Positions 39,836-53,120 of a stretch of 64,000 nucleotides of DNA are shown piece after piece; the first letter of the stretch is position 1; each line of letters opens with the position of its first letter. The notes under the pieces were generated by a model, which was not told where the DNA came from, did no database searches, and saw only the letters and a list, made by a program, of their open reading frames with translations. The position numbers and the translations under genes are program-made. The stretch is from Schmidtea nova (Eukaryota): the NCBI GenBank assembly GCA_044892505.1, contig CM097883.1, forward strand, positions 83,514,001 through 83,578,000, read 5' to 3'.

Positions 39836-41562
39836 TGTTGGGCTGGTGAAATCAAAAATAAAATTTAATTAAAAATTATTAAAAATTAAATACATACAAT
39901 GAGAAACAAAGAGAAACGCACGACAAGACGTTAAGCAGCAAAATAACGCAAGGAAAAATAAAAACAGTTAAGTACAATAGTAGTCATACGAACCGCATCT
40001 TATAAGTCGATCGAGATAGGGCTGAAGCGATAAAAAAGATGCATCTCAAGGGAGAGCACACAATTTGAGTGCAGGTCGGATTTACACACGAAGGACCGCA
40101 CGAGAATTGAATGGGGAAGATCAGTGCTTGTAAAGTGATTATGAAAAGTATGATCAAAGAATAAAATCGGTATCAGAATAAAGAAAATAATTTATTAAAA
40201 ATTATAGAATAAATCCCCATTGAAATATCGCAAAAATTAACAGAGATAGGAATGAAAATAGATTTAAAATTAAATTGTTTTAATCAATAAATGCACAATA
40301 AAACAATAGATACACACCTAATTTAAAAAAATTAAAAACAAATATTTTCGAAATAAATAAATCAAATTATAAAGTTAAATTTATGAAAGATAAATAAATG
40401 CTCACTTATTAAAACTAATAAGTAAGTTTAAATTGTTAATAAATTATGTAAATATTAAATTATGTAAAATAAGCGTTAGTAAAATTAGTATAAATAGATG
40501 CTGAAAAATCACAATCTAAACTTACCTGGCATTAATTTACTGAGAGCAAAATTTTGGTTTTGATTTCGCCAGTCGTGTGGATCGATTTTGAACGGGTATT
40601 TTTGTGTTATTTTAGTATTTTTGTGTGAGATGTGTTGGGTAATTTGTTATGTAGTGGTCATAGTAAAGTTTTGAGGCTAATTTTTCCGAAAATAAATATT
40701 TGATGATGAGTATTATTGTAGTCATTATATAAAATTTTTATATAGATATGCTTCCTATGCTGCTAACGCGGCGAGGGAGACATAGTCGTCATCGTGGAGC
40801 CTTGTAGCTTCACACGGCGGTTGTAACTTTTTATAATTTATGTATCTGGGATTTTTTCGGATATTTTTGAGGTTGCACATAATGAATCGTTACACATAGA
40901 GAATAGTTTTGGTAATTGCGATAGATTTTGAGGGTTTCATATAGTGATAGGATCTTTGAGTGTTGAACGATAGATTTTGAGGTTTGCGCATTTTTCAGCG
41001 ATAATTTTGGAGTTTTACAGGAATTTTACATCTTATGTAGTGATTTAATTTCAAAATAAAAATGTTAGCAAGTCGAACTTGATCAATATATTTTGTTACG
41101 CATAGCGATGTAACGACATAGCGGTGATTTTGAGTAAAGGAAATTTTAGAGAGTTTTTATAAATAAATATAATTTTAAGGTGCAGCGCATTATTTTGGGT
41201 TTTATATAGTGTAAGGAGTTTGTAGCTAAATCAAATCTCTATTTAAAAGACGTTTGTTAATTTTTTTAAGGAAGTTGAGCGTAAACATTGAGAGAATAAC
41301 GCATAAGACCTTCTAGTGGCAGCGGGAACCCGTGAAAATAAATGGGGAGTAGTTTCAGCGATGGAGCTCACCTGCCCATCATTTTTCAACCACCGCGCGC
41401 AGTTCCAACCTAACTAGATAGGGAATAGTTAGGGGCGTGCGAGTGAGACGATTTGTTTTTATGTATGGTTATGGGTGAGGCATCCCTAGTATACTTATTT
41501 ATGATTATTTGTTTAATTATTATTTATTATTAATTATTTAAAACCCACCCATAAACCCAGCA
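39836..41562 (+). repeat. Solo LTR (1727 bp) of a family related to the giant element
   Basis: TGTTGGG...CCCAGCA, 4-bp TSD GTAC; 41300-41562 aligns with 24200-24466. Confidence 0.88.
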
Positions 41563-42144
41563 GTACTGAAACTGATACTATAAGAGTTTAGAATCAATTG
41601 GTACACGATTTAATAATTTGATAGAATCTAAAATTAAATTCTTTAGAAAATATGACATAAAAAGGATCACAGTCCATGTATGACAACACTAAAGGTAATT
41701 CAAATAACTTTCTATTTAACATTTCAGAATGAATATTAATCAAATATGATATCGACTATTTATGTGGCATAGAATACAAATTTCTCGATAAATATTGATT
41801 TTCTTGTATTTTGCACAATAATTTGTTGATTTCATCCAGATTCGGGATTTTGTTGTTAGACGCAATAATAAAATTTAAATAATAAATCGCGCACGCAGAC
41901 GTGAGCCAAAATACATACACGATCAGACAAATAGTAAATTATCTATCTGAGCTAACACAAAAACGCAGCTGAATCAATTTAGGTCAAATGATGTAAGTCT
42001 TTCGGCAAAAAAATTGTCAATGAATGTTCAGATGGCTGCATTATTCTCAAAGGTATGTCCCAGTTATAATCTCTTCATAACTCATAATAATAACCAAAAT
42101 ATGTTTCAATAAAAAGTGCCGAATTCTGTAATATTAAAACAAAG

Positions 42145-42149
<5 letters not shown>

Positions 42150-42228
<79 letters not shown>
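42150..42228. repeat. (TA)n microsatellite
   Basis: Direct observation. Confidence 0.99.
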
Positions 42229-42230
<2 letters not shown>

Positions 42231-42231
<1 letters not shown>

Positions 42232-42720
42232 TATTGAACATCACTCTGCTCCTCTTCATTTTCTTTGCATCTCTTCTTCCAGTCAATTCTTCTTGATCTG
42301 ATTGAGTTTGGAAATTGTAATTCAACTTGTCTTGGTGATAAAAATTTTAAAATTTTGTAAGGTCCTTCATATTGGATTCCCTCCTTCTTTCGTCTATGTG
42401 GTTCCAAGCGAACTAATACTTTCTTACCCACCGTGAATACTCTATTTTGCATTGTTGTAGCTGTTGTTTCTATATTAGTTTTTGTTTAAACCATAATTTC
42501 TTTGTTTTTTTGTATATGTCTTAATCTAGAATATAAATTAATCTTTCGACCAAATACAATTTTAAAAGGTGTGAAATTTGTTGAGTTTTGTATTATAGCA
42601 TTCAAACTAAACAGGGTCCATCATGTAGGTTGGAATTGCCTCCTCAAAACTTATTAAACCATTTTTGTGTAGTTCACTCAGTTATCACTTCTTCTAATTA
42701 ACCTTGTAAATATTTCCGGC
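42231..42720 (-). pseudogene. Gypsy integrase C-terminal relic
   Basis: QYEGPYKILK (GPY/F motif). Confidence 0.6.
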
Positions 42721-42973
42721 TTCCTCAGACAGAAGTAGATATCGGAAATGAATTAATTTCAATTTGACACTTCACCTGAAATAGAAAAGAATAATGCTGT
42801 CTTTTTATAAACAGAGAAATAAGGAATAATAAACATACACATAAATAATAAAGCCGAACAAACTTATATGACGTTTCTTTATTTTTGAAAAATATATAAC
42901 GTATAAATGTAAACAAATATATAAAGATTATATATACAATACTCTTTAAAAGTCTATAGTTCTTTATTAAAAA

Positions 42974-43274
42974 CTAGAGGTTTACCCGTCCTAAAACGGG
43001 GCAGTTTTATTTTTAAAAAATTGTACTAATTTGAAACAATTTCTTTGTAAACAATGTTCTGAGTGTAATGGTTTGTAATGTTTTGAAGCCTTCCTTGGAG
43101 TTTGTTGGCCTTGATATGAACTATGAGATGTTGAGGATTCCTACATCTTGTTAGAGCGACATACAACTGGCCATGTGAAAAGACTGGCTCTTTGAGGTGA
43201 ATCCATATGTAATCAAAGGTTTGACCCTGGGATTTGTAGTATAATAAATTATTATTAACTAGGTAATGCAGCAT
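42974..43274 (-). mobile_element. Helitron 3' end: PIF1-type helicase C-terminus, hairpin and CTAG
   Basis: KSQGQTF...VFSHGQLYVALTR; hairpin CCCGT...ACGGG (42985-43000), then CTAG|T on the minus strand. Confidence 0.88.
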
Positions 43275-44928
43275 TACTCAGTATTTCATTATTATATAGT
43301 ATAATCATGGAAAAACTTAAAGGTATAAAACCGAACAAAGTTATATAATACTACTTTTTCACAATGGCAATGTCACTAAATTTAATTTAATGTATTCAGT
43401 AGTTATTCCGCAACAGTATATATTTTTTAAACACTGACTGTTGTGGATAATTCGCAATTTCTAGCATAAATTTGATTGTTGAATGTGAACTCTAGTGCGA
43501 TACCAAGAGCTGCCATTAATAATTGAAAGGACTGTGCTGAGTTGCTTAATCGGTAAGTATCATCTTGTAAATATTCTGCAAGGTTTATGCATTTATATGA
43601 TTTTTTTAAAGCAACCACAGAATTCAAGATTTGAGTCCTAACAATATGTTTATCTTTATCGGTAAATTGGATGCTCCGCTGCAATTGCTGTCCATTAATA
43701 TTCTTTAATTGAATTTCTGTAATATATTGAATTCATTTCTTAACGAGGATGGAGAATAAATTGGAGAAATAATTTGATTTTGCGGATAATTCATTGAGTT
43801 TCATTGCAGCTCTTTGGATAATTGAAGAATTGTCAGACAACATCAAAATAAATAAGCCGGAAAACACAAGAAAAATTCCAAGCTGAATAAAAATTTTTTT
43901 TTGAAATCCAAAATCAACCAAAAATCCGACTAATAACCACAAAATTTTTAAAGTTCCAAAAAGCAGCTATAGTTCATTCGCAAAGAAAAATCAATCCACA
44001 CAAAGAGTTTCTTTTTTAAAAACCACAGGCCGATCAAAGAGGACTAAAAAATTCAACAACAAACCTACACAAAAATTCAAGCAATTTAAAACAGTAAAAA
44101 CTAAAATCCAAAACCATTGGTCGCACACCCAATGGTTTTGGTAAAATTCCAACACACAAAATTCCACACATACACCGTGTTTCATTGGATATGGCGACCT
44201 ATAATACAGGTGAGTGATATACATCACGAGTTATTATAGTTATTTTTAATGCTTGAAACCGGGTGTATACGGTGTATTTTTCAGATATGTGGCCGAGCAT
44301 TGTCACACGCTAACAAATCCATTCAAATATTCTAGCACACTGATAATCAAAATACATATAAAATCATGTGCACAGTAAGGTATAGTACACTTCAAAATCC
44401 AAACTCAGTTCGTTTCATAAACGTTCCGTCGACTCTTCCGTACGAATGGAAGAATACAAAACAGTTAAGCAAAGTATTCATCCATAGATAAACATCGCAC
44501 AGCACTCAGATAATCTTAGATTTAGAACTGCGGCATTTTTAAGCACTATTCCATAAAAAATATTCAATTATAATATAAAATTTATATATAAAATTTATAT
44601 CCAAATTCTTTAAAAACCAATAAAATAATTATGAAGAATTAAATATTTTATGTGAATGTCAAAATTTCCAACCTAACGCGTTTTTCGGTTCAAAATATTT
44701 TTAAAAACTTTCACCAAAAAAATAATAAACATCAGCCTTCCATCAACACTTTGGGAACCCTTGCTCTATAATTATTCATGTTTTTGTTGAATGCGCTCTT
44801 AATTAACATTAATAAAGAAATAAAAACGCGGAAATAATGGACTCATCAAATAATATATTATGCAATATTACGTAAACAATTAATATATAATTAAACTCTC
44901 AAGTCATTATTATCATTCTAATAATTAC

Positions 44929-46098
44929 ATGGACCAATATCTAAAGAATTCTGACAATTTCAGTCCCACTAAAAACGAATTCGTTCGAGATTTCTCGGAT
45001 AAAATTTCCATTATTTCTGTAGTACTGCTGCTGGCAGCAAGTGGGATAATTTCCAACAAATTGTATTACATTAACCCCTTACAATGCTACACGGCGGTCC
45101 ACCCGACCGGCGACAAGATTGACAAATTCATCAATGCTTACACTTGGACTCATGGAACTATTCCAAAATCGTCGTTTTCCGACCAGCTCCCTGAAACGAA
45201 AAAACAATGGATTGAGGTATATGACAAATATGGGATCCAATATTACCAATGGATCCCGTTTATTTTGATTTTACAAGCTGCCTTGTTGTATTTGCCCATT
45301 CTACTTTGGGATCATTGCTGCTCTTTTGCAATGAGAATCGATTTGGTTTCCGTATTCAATGAAGCGAGAAACGCGTTGTATAAAGGTGACGAGGCGCGAA
45401 AGACAAGTATTGAGAAAGTATCAAATTCATTGGAATTAATATTATCGAAAAAAGAAAAGAAAAGCGGATTAATCGCAAAGATTCGCCGAAAGATTCGCAA
45501 CTGGATGATTGCTTACACATTTTCTCAATCACAGAGGAACTTTTTATTTTCTTCGTACATTGGATTAAAAGTTTTATCTTTGGTAATGTGCATGCTTGAA
45601 ATTGTGATGCTCCATTTCATGTTCAACATCAACCTGATCTCGATGATTAACTATTTCCAAGGAAATCCCAATGACATCTCATTGGCGTTCCCAATCGAAA
45701 CGTACGGATTTATGAGCGATCTTCGGGTTCTCGGAGCTGACAACATTTACTACAGTGAATGCCGATTGACGGTCAACATGATCAATGAGAAATTATTCGT
45801 CATGATTTGGATTGGATTGGTATTTATTGGAATTTTACAGCTGATCTCATTGTTGATCTGGATCAGTCGAGTGAAATTGTTTTACAGACAGATGAGAATA
45901 GTCAAAAAGGTTTTCGAAATCAAAGGAATTGAAGTTCCAGACTCAAAGATGTTGAAAGGATTTTTGTGCGAATTTCTTAAAACCGATGGAATATTTCTGA
46001 TAAATATGCTGGAACGAAACGCAGGAGACTTAGTTTCAACGGATGTCGTGTATGAAATGTGGATGAAATATTCGAGCAACTTACTTTTCTTGGAATAA
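44929..46098 (+). CDS. inx: Innexin, intronless, 389 aa
   Basis: YYQWIPFILILQAALLYLP signature; FP..T...F, C.LTVNMINEKLF and DGIFL motifs; four hydrophobic segments. Confidence 0.95.
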   Translation: MDQYLKNSDNFSPTKNEFVRDFSDKISIISVVLLLAASGIISNKLYYINPLQCYTAVHPTGDKIDKFINAYTWTHGTIPKSSFSDQLPETKKQWIEVYDKYGIQYYQWIPFILILQAALLYLPILLWDHCCSFAMRIDLVSVFNEARNALYKGDEARKTSIEKVSNSLELILSKKEKKSGLIAKIRRKIRNWMIAYTFSQSQRNFLFSSYIGLKVLSLVMCMLEIVMLHFMFNINLISMINYFQGNPNDISLAFPIETYGFMSDLRVLGADNIYYSECRLTVNMINEKLFVMIWIGLVFIGILQLISLLIWISRVKLFYRQMRIVKKVFEIKGIEVPDSKMLKGFLCEFLKTDGIFLINMLERNAGDLVSTDVVYEMWMKYSSNLLFLE

Positions 46099-49073
46099 TT
46101 GTCCAAGGATCAGATGTCGCATAAATATTCTGAATAATGTTATTATATAAATTTGATTTTGTGCGTATTTGGGACTTTATTCAAAATGAAATCTATTTCT
46201 CCTTTGGATATAATATTTTTTTGTGAGTCCAAGGACAATAATATCTGTTGCGAAATTTATTTTATTCTTGAATGTTTCTCATCAGTAAGTCGAAAAATAA
46301 AATGCAGAAAATCTGGCATACAATTGCCTTGCAATGTTAAAAATGCGTTTAAAATTTCTTGATCATATATTATTAATAAATTATTTTATTTTATTCATTT
46401 ATCTATATTATTTTATATTCTATACACTACTCTTAGAAACAGATATTTGTTTTTGTCATTATATTTTAATTATAAAAATTTGCTTTAATTAAATTATATT
46501 ATTACAGTTGTACGAAATCACGCACGTCCGTAACTTTTGTATTTTTAAGTAATTTATAAATAAATTTTATTATTAATTATTATTAATATTATTTAAAATA
46601 AATAAAAATATTAACATTTTATTGTTTGTCAGTAGTGGAGTATTTTTAAAAAATAATAAAAATAAAATTCCTAATCTACATTGTGTCGGTATGTTTTCCA
46701 CATAAAATTTTCTGATTTTTTAACCCGCCACTAAATTAATTAACTTTTGATTAATTTTGATTAATTATTGACATCTTTAATGTAACTCTTTAATTGCTTA
46801 TTAATTTAAATTATCACATTTTTATACAACCAAAAAACACAATTTTTCAAATGATTTTTATAAATAATTAAATATTTCTAAATTAAATTTTTATCAAATA
46901 TTTTAATTCCTCATTTTCATTCTTGCGACTTGATGCCAATCAAAACAACTCATTATTTATATTTCACCTGCCAGATTAGGAATATTTCATTGTTTGTTTT
47001 TATCAACTGTCAGAAACATTTTCCATTGTTTTCTCACGATTTCATCAAATTACGTTTTGTTTGAATTACTAACAAATTTTATTCGAAATTAAATGCAACA
47101 TATATTAAATTAATCAACAATTATGATTAGTCTTTAATTACCAAATGAGTCATTGTTAAAACAAAACCGTACTCAAATAATTTGTTTTAATTTTCAAATA
47201 ATTTCATTAATCTTGCGACGATTATGAGGAAAATAAAATTTCCAAGAATCCATTTCCACAGAATTTCTAAACTTTTGTAGAAAATACCAAAATTCCTTAT
47301 CAAAGGTCATCTCAAGTATGTTTCACATACAGATTAAGTAATTATGGCACTTTTTCTAAGTTTTCTAAACTAATATTAGTTTTGTAAAAAAAATAAAAAA
47401 ATAAACTCTGTAACTATTATGCAAATATTATTAATTTTTTAAAGTGAGAAATTGAAAAAAAAGAGACATGGACTAACTTTGATCAAATTACATTACTGAT
47501 AAAAGCTACAAAGCAAATAATACAAAAGCTCGTCAAGTTTAGGTTTCAGACCGATGTTTGGGGGGCTTATTTCGTGAATTATTTTACTTCTTATTTTGTG
47601 AAGATTTTCTAAAGTTTTATTCGATTAAAATCATATCAGTTAATTTAATTAAATTGCAAAATCTTTTTTCTAAAATCGTTTAATTTTCCAAATGTCATTG
47701 GCAAAATGACATATACTTTGAAGAAGACTGATCGTCTTCTCTGTACTCGAGTTTTACATCATTGTCAACTGATGATTATGGCTTTGGTTTTCAATAATAC
47801 TGTCTATATAAACATGAAAATATAAAAGTTTTGATAAGTTTTAATAAAATTTTAAAATACATTTTTTACAAATTATGATTAATTTGTTTAAAATCAACCT
47901 TTTATTTATATTTTAATATTTGACTGAAAAGCATCTGATTAAGAGAAGTTTCTCGAAATATATTGTGTGGAATATAATTTTNNNNNNNNNNNNNNNNNNN
48001 NNNNNNNNNNNNNNNNNNNNNNNNNNNNNNNNNNNNNNNNNNNNNNNNNNNNNNNNNNNNNNNNNNNNNNNNNNNNNNNNNNNNNNNNNNNNNNNNNNNN
48101 NNNNNNNNNNNNNNNNNNNNNNNNNNNNNNNNNNNNNNNNNNNNNNNNNNNNNNNNNNNNNNNNNNNNNNNNNNNNNNNNNNNNNNNNNNNNNNNNNNNN
48201 NNNNNNNNNNNNNNNNNNNNNNNNNNNNNNNNNNNNNNNNNNNNNNTTTGAAATTCTTTCTAAGGTTTTCACTGTAAATTAAAACATAATAATTGTTTGA
48301 ATATTTAATTAAATTGGAATTCAACTACTTAAATGGAAGGATGGCCATCTGCCACTGGATATCTCTCTATCAGGGATTCTATAATAAATTATGCTTGCTG
48401 GATTAAAATAATAATGTAATGAAATATGATAGTTTTCAAATACAACTCGTTCTTTTTAATTTATATTAATTAAATAATTCAAATAAATTATATCTAAATA
48501 AATTTCCATTTATTAAGAAAAATAAACTATTGTTAAGTACGTATAATTCACAGGGAATATTGTATTTGGATGAAAGTTGTAAGAGAAAACGAAAACAAAA
48601 GTCATTTGTTCTGAATTAATAGCCAAATAAACAATTCTAAACAAATAAGCAACAAAAAAGTCAACTTTCAGAAAACTAATTAAAGAAAAATTTTTAAATT
48701 TTTTCAAAATTATTCATATGTTATATTTAAAAACCTTTGAAATATTCAGTCTATTGGGATATGTTGCAAAAATTAATACATTGTGAGTCGTAATTTGTGA
48801 AACCTAAGAATGAGAAATAAATTTTGGAAACCGGATCCCTGGGCGTTGTAATGCAGTGTTAAATTTATATGAAACAAAAAACAATGCTAAATTTGGATTT
48901 TCTTAATATATTATCTGAAGAAATCGAAATATAAATAATTTGGCTCATATCTAGAAAGAGAAAAATTAATTCTTATAAAGTAGAATTTTTTTTCAGAATA
49001 TAATTAAAAAAAATTTAAATTAAAAAATTAATTTAAATTTGAAATCTAAATATCGAAAAAATGATGGTCTATT

Positions 49074-50213
49074 ATTAATAAAAACACGAAATCGCCAAAC
49101 AATAGAAATATATTTCAAGGACACAGTCCTCATCATCAGTCTGCCATCATAATCTAAATCAAATGCTATATACGGAAACAGTAATGACGTAATGGCTATG
49201 ATTTAATGAGTTAATTAAATAATCTCAATAAATTCGTCGTTGCTGATTGAATATTAATTGTAGGGGATTGTGATTTAATCACCAACGCCTCACATAAAAT
49301 TCTTTCCCATTTATTATTAAAGTTTTTTAATATAATTTTAAAATCTTTTAAATCAGTTTCTCCTTTACACATTTTCTATGCTCAATAATATTACTCACAC
49401 CTTTCAATCGGCTTTGTTCCTGAACCCGTGTGCGGAGATGATGGGAAGTCTCTCCAATGTATGTGGCATTGCACCCATTACATGAAAACTCATACACTAG
49501 ATCAGAAACTAAACCTATTGGGGTTTGAGATTTTTTACTGAACATATTTACTGATTTTAAAGACTTTGACACTATGTTAAATATGTTAAAATTTCCTAAG
49601 GATTTCATTACAGAACACTTAAAGTTTTAAAAACCTTCCGAATATGGAATTACTAAAACATTCGGAAGGTTTTAAAAACTTTAAGTGTTCTGTAATGAAA
49701 TAAATAGGAAATTCAAACAAATTTAACATAGTGTCAAAGTCTTTAAAATCAGTAAATATGTTCTGTAATAAATCTCAAACCCCAATAGTTTTAGTGTCTG
49801 ATTTCGTGTATAAGTTTTCATGTAATGGGTGCAATGCCACATACATTGGAGAGACTTCCCGTCATCTCCGCACACGGGTTCAGGAACAAAGCCGATTGAA
49901 AGGTGTGAGTAATATTATTGATCATAGAAAAATGTGTAAAGGAGAAACTGATTTAAAAGATTTTAAAATTATATTGAAAAACTTTAACAACAAATGGGAA
50001 AGAATTTTATGTGAGGCGTTGGTGATTAAATCACAATCCCCTACAATTAATATTCAATCAGCAACGAATTTATTGAGATTATTAAATTAACTCATTAAAT
50101 CATAGCCATTAGATCATTACTATTTCCGTAAATAGCATTTGATTTAGATTATGATGAAGACTATGTCCTTGAAATATATTTCGATTATTTGGCAATTTCG
50201 TGTTTTTATTAAT
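49074..50213. mobile_element. Inverted duplication of a Penelope-like element 3' end (GIY-YIG endonuclease C-terminus)
   Basis: Arms 49074-49643 and 49660-50213 around a 16-nt spacer; VYKFSCNGCNATYIGETSRHLRTRVQE...EALVIK on both strands. Confidence 0.9.
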
Positions 50214-50399
50214 TTAAATTGTTAGATTTTTGAGGTTAAGCAAATAAGTAAAACAAAATTGATCAAATGAAAATTAATTCATGTTTAAAAATAACAAATC
50301 AAATGTAAAAGTTAAATAATAAAATCAATATGTTTCAAACAGGAAAAGACATCATAATAGTCTTTTGGTTTCACATTTGATCTTTTTTTTATATGAATA

Positions 50400-50620
50400 A
50401 TTTTCATAATTAGATGACTATAGATCAAAAAACCTTTTTTGATTTGGGTTTACACTTATTACATACACAATATTTCGGCACAGCCTTTATCAAGTGTGTA
50501 TATCAAGTATGTATATAACGTGTGTATATCCAGTGTGTATATTAAGCAAGTATACAATTTGATAAAGGCTGTGCCGAAATATTGTGTCATATAATTATGG
50601 AAATTATTGATATAAAGAAA
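50400..50620. mobile_element. Foldback MITE variant
   Basis: CACAATATTTCGGCACAGCCTTTATCAA ... TTGATAAAGGCTGTGCCGAAATATTGTG inverted arms. Confidence 0.75.
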
Positions 50621-51110
50621 AAGACATAAAAATAAATGAAAAGTTAAATGTAAATATAATAATTTTAAATAGATAGGTGTCATCAAATAATACGATTCCA
50701 AAAAAACAAACTAATTATTTAAAATATTATTCACCATCATATTTATCAAAATGTTAGCACTTATTCACATACTATAATACTAAACCACATAATATATTAC
50801 TAATCCACACACTATATTACTAATATAAACACTGTATTACTAATTAAATTTATTTATACACACTATAAAAACACCAAATACAAAACAATATATTTTGAAA
50901 GGAAATATCACAAGTCACAGTAAGTACACAAAATAATAAGAAAAACCAAAAAACTTTACTTAAGTAACGTATTGTCTGGTAGTTTTTTCAGAGCCGAATG
51001 TTTTTGAATTTTAGCAGTTTGTCTTCCTTTTTGTTTTCTCCTTTTAACAATCGAACAACAAATAATATTCAACTTATAATTACTTTTCATAAAGTTAAAG
51101 ATATGATTAC

Positions 51111-53120
51111 TGAAATCGAACGCACAAGAATGACTTTATTTATAAATTCATAAAATTAACAATAACGTTTTTAACATTATTAAAACAAACATAATAATCA
51201 ATTATCACATTCCCCCGTGATGTCAACATCATCTTCAAGCGCGTCGTTGCCGAGAACATAATCTTGTAGGTATGCTGGTACGTATCGGTTTCTTTGTTGC
51301 CTATCGGTTGACATTTCAGTCGTAAGTTGACCATTATTTTCAATAGTTTGCTTTTCTCCCGTCATGTCAGTCGGCTCAACCTGTCTGATGTCAGCTATGT
51401 GCCTGAACACTATCCACCTCGATATTCGTGGACGAGTGAACGTTTGTGACGGTACCCTCCGCCCAAACACTTGTACATCTTGCATTCGGCGGCTTACAGA
51501 ATACTTTGTCTCCTCTAGCATAACGACTCAGAATTTCGTCTTTCTTGATTTCCACTTCTTGCATATCCTTCCAGTAATATGTAAATAGTTGTCGCAAAGG
51601 CGCTTCAAAGTCGCCATTGGAGCTCACGTTGAACCAGTAAACCATGTCAAGGGGTACCCTTCCGTCCGGGCCGCTATTCTCTTCACGGTTCTGTGGTTCC
51701 TCTCAACAATTCCGTTTCCCAATGGTCGGTAAGCGCATTGAAAAATACGACCAACACCCCACTTTGCACATAATTCCTCTAATTGACGAAACCTAAATGA
51801 ACTGTTATTATCCATGAGCAACTGGCACGGAGGTCCGCGTTCTCTGAATATTTGTTCACAGATTCTAGTAATGGTCACATAATCGCGATAGTCGAGTACT
51901 GGTAGTATTTTTCCTTTGTTAGACTGATTAACTGCCATTAATGGTAGGATGTCATCAGAGTTTCCTTCATAAGGCGTTAACCAACTGTTTCTAATCCATT
52001 CTGTAATTTCCGCGTCGAATCCATTGCGTAGCTCTGGTTTAATTCCATAGTTGGCACATGTATTACCAAGTTTAAGAGGTTGATTTTTCCATTTCCAGCT
52101 CACTGTCTAATTGCCGGAAAGGAAATCGGCTTGAAAGTCATCATCTCTAATTTCCAGAGACTCGGTATGTCGTTCGTCTGCCCTCAAGAAATCGGACTTT
52201 CTCCCCACGGGGCTGGCCAAAGGAAACGATACCCCTTGCCTTGATATATTCACCCCGCCGAGCATTCCTATAACATCCATTCCCAAAATTACACCAAAAT
52301 CTCTTGGAAGGTTTTCCATCATCAGACAGACCACTCGCAGACTGGCGAACGTGTTACTCCAATAGCGTTTCCCGTCTGTTTCTTTGGGCACCATCGCGCT
52401 AGGAGGGCTTTATCACCACATATCTAACATTGTTTGTTTTTTCGGAAACATGAATCTTCATTGTGCCCTTTCTTTCCACAAAACGAACACATTTAGTCAT
52501 TAAGATTGGCAATTCTTCTTTCTTTTACTCCCAGCATACAACTTTATTGAGGAACTGCATTACTTAACATAGCTCGAGCTATCTGTACGACCGCATCCAT
52601 TGCCATTGTTTCAATTTTCGGAATAGCCTGTGGAAGTCCATTAACAAATGAACATCCAATAACGGCATGATTGACTCCAGATAACTTACCCAGAGATGTT
52701 AGTTCGGCCAGATAAACATCGACAGGCTCGTTGCTCCATGATCGATTCTTCAATTTCTCAAAGGCAAGAAACATTGACATAGAGAATGCTCTCTTCATTG
52801 CTGCTTCGGTCTTGATGAAACTACCTCTGACTTCATCGCTGAGATGCTGATACACCGCATATGCGTCTCCTTTCATCAGTATCGGCAGAAACATCTCCAG
52901 GTTTTCAATCTTTTGCATGAGAGCTATCGTTCTTACTTATGAGAACCATATCGTCACGTCACCCGTTCCATCAAATTTCTCAATATATTTAACAAATTCC
53001 ATGAATTTAGCCGCGATAGCTTGAAGTCGAACGCACAAGAATGACTTTATTTATAAATTCATAAAATTAACAATAACGTTTTTGACATTATTAAAACAAA
53101 TATAATAATCAATTATCACA
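51111..53120 (-). mobile_element. Internally deleted non-autonomous gypsy element, 99-bp LTRs (51111-51209 and 53022-53120)
   Basis: LTRs TG...CA with 3 differences; 5-bp TSD ATTAC; PPT GGGGGAA; gag, protease (ILGMD) and integrase (NGIVERNHR) remnants. Confidence 0.93.

Noticed and set aside
43427-43684. Possible Penelope RT fragment (FTFNNQIY)
   Set aside because: A single short motif; too weak to annotate.
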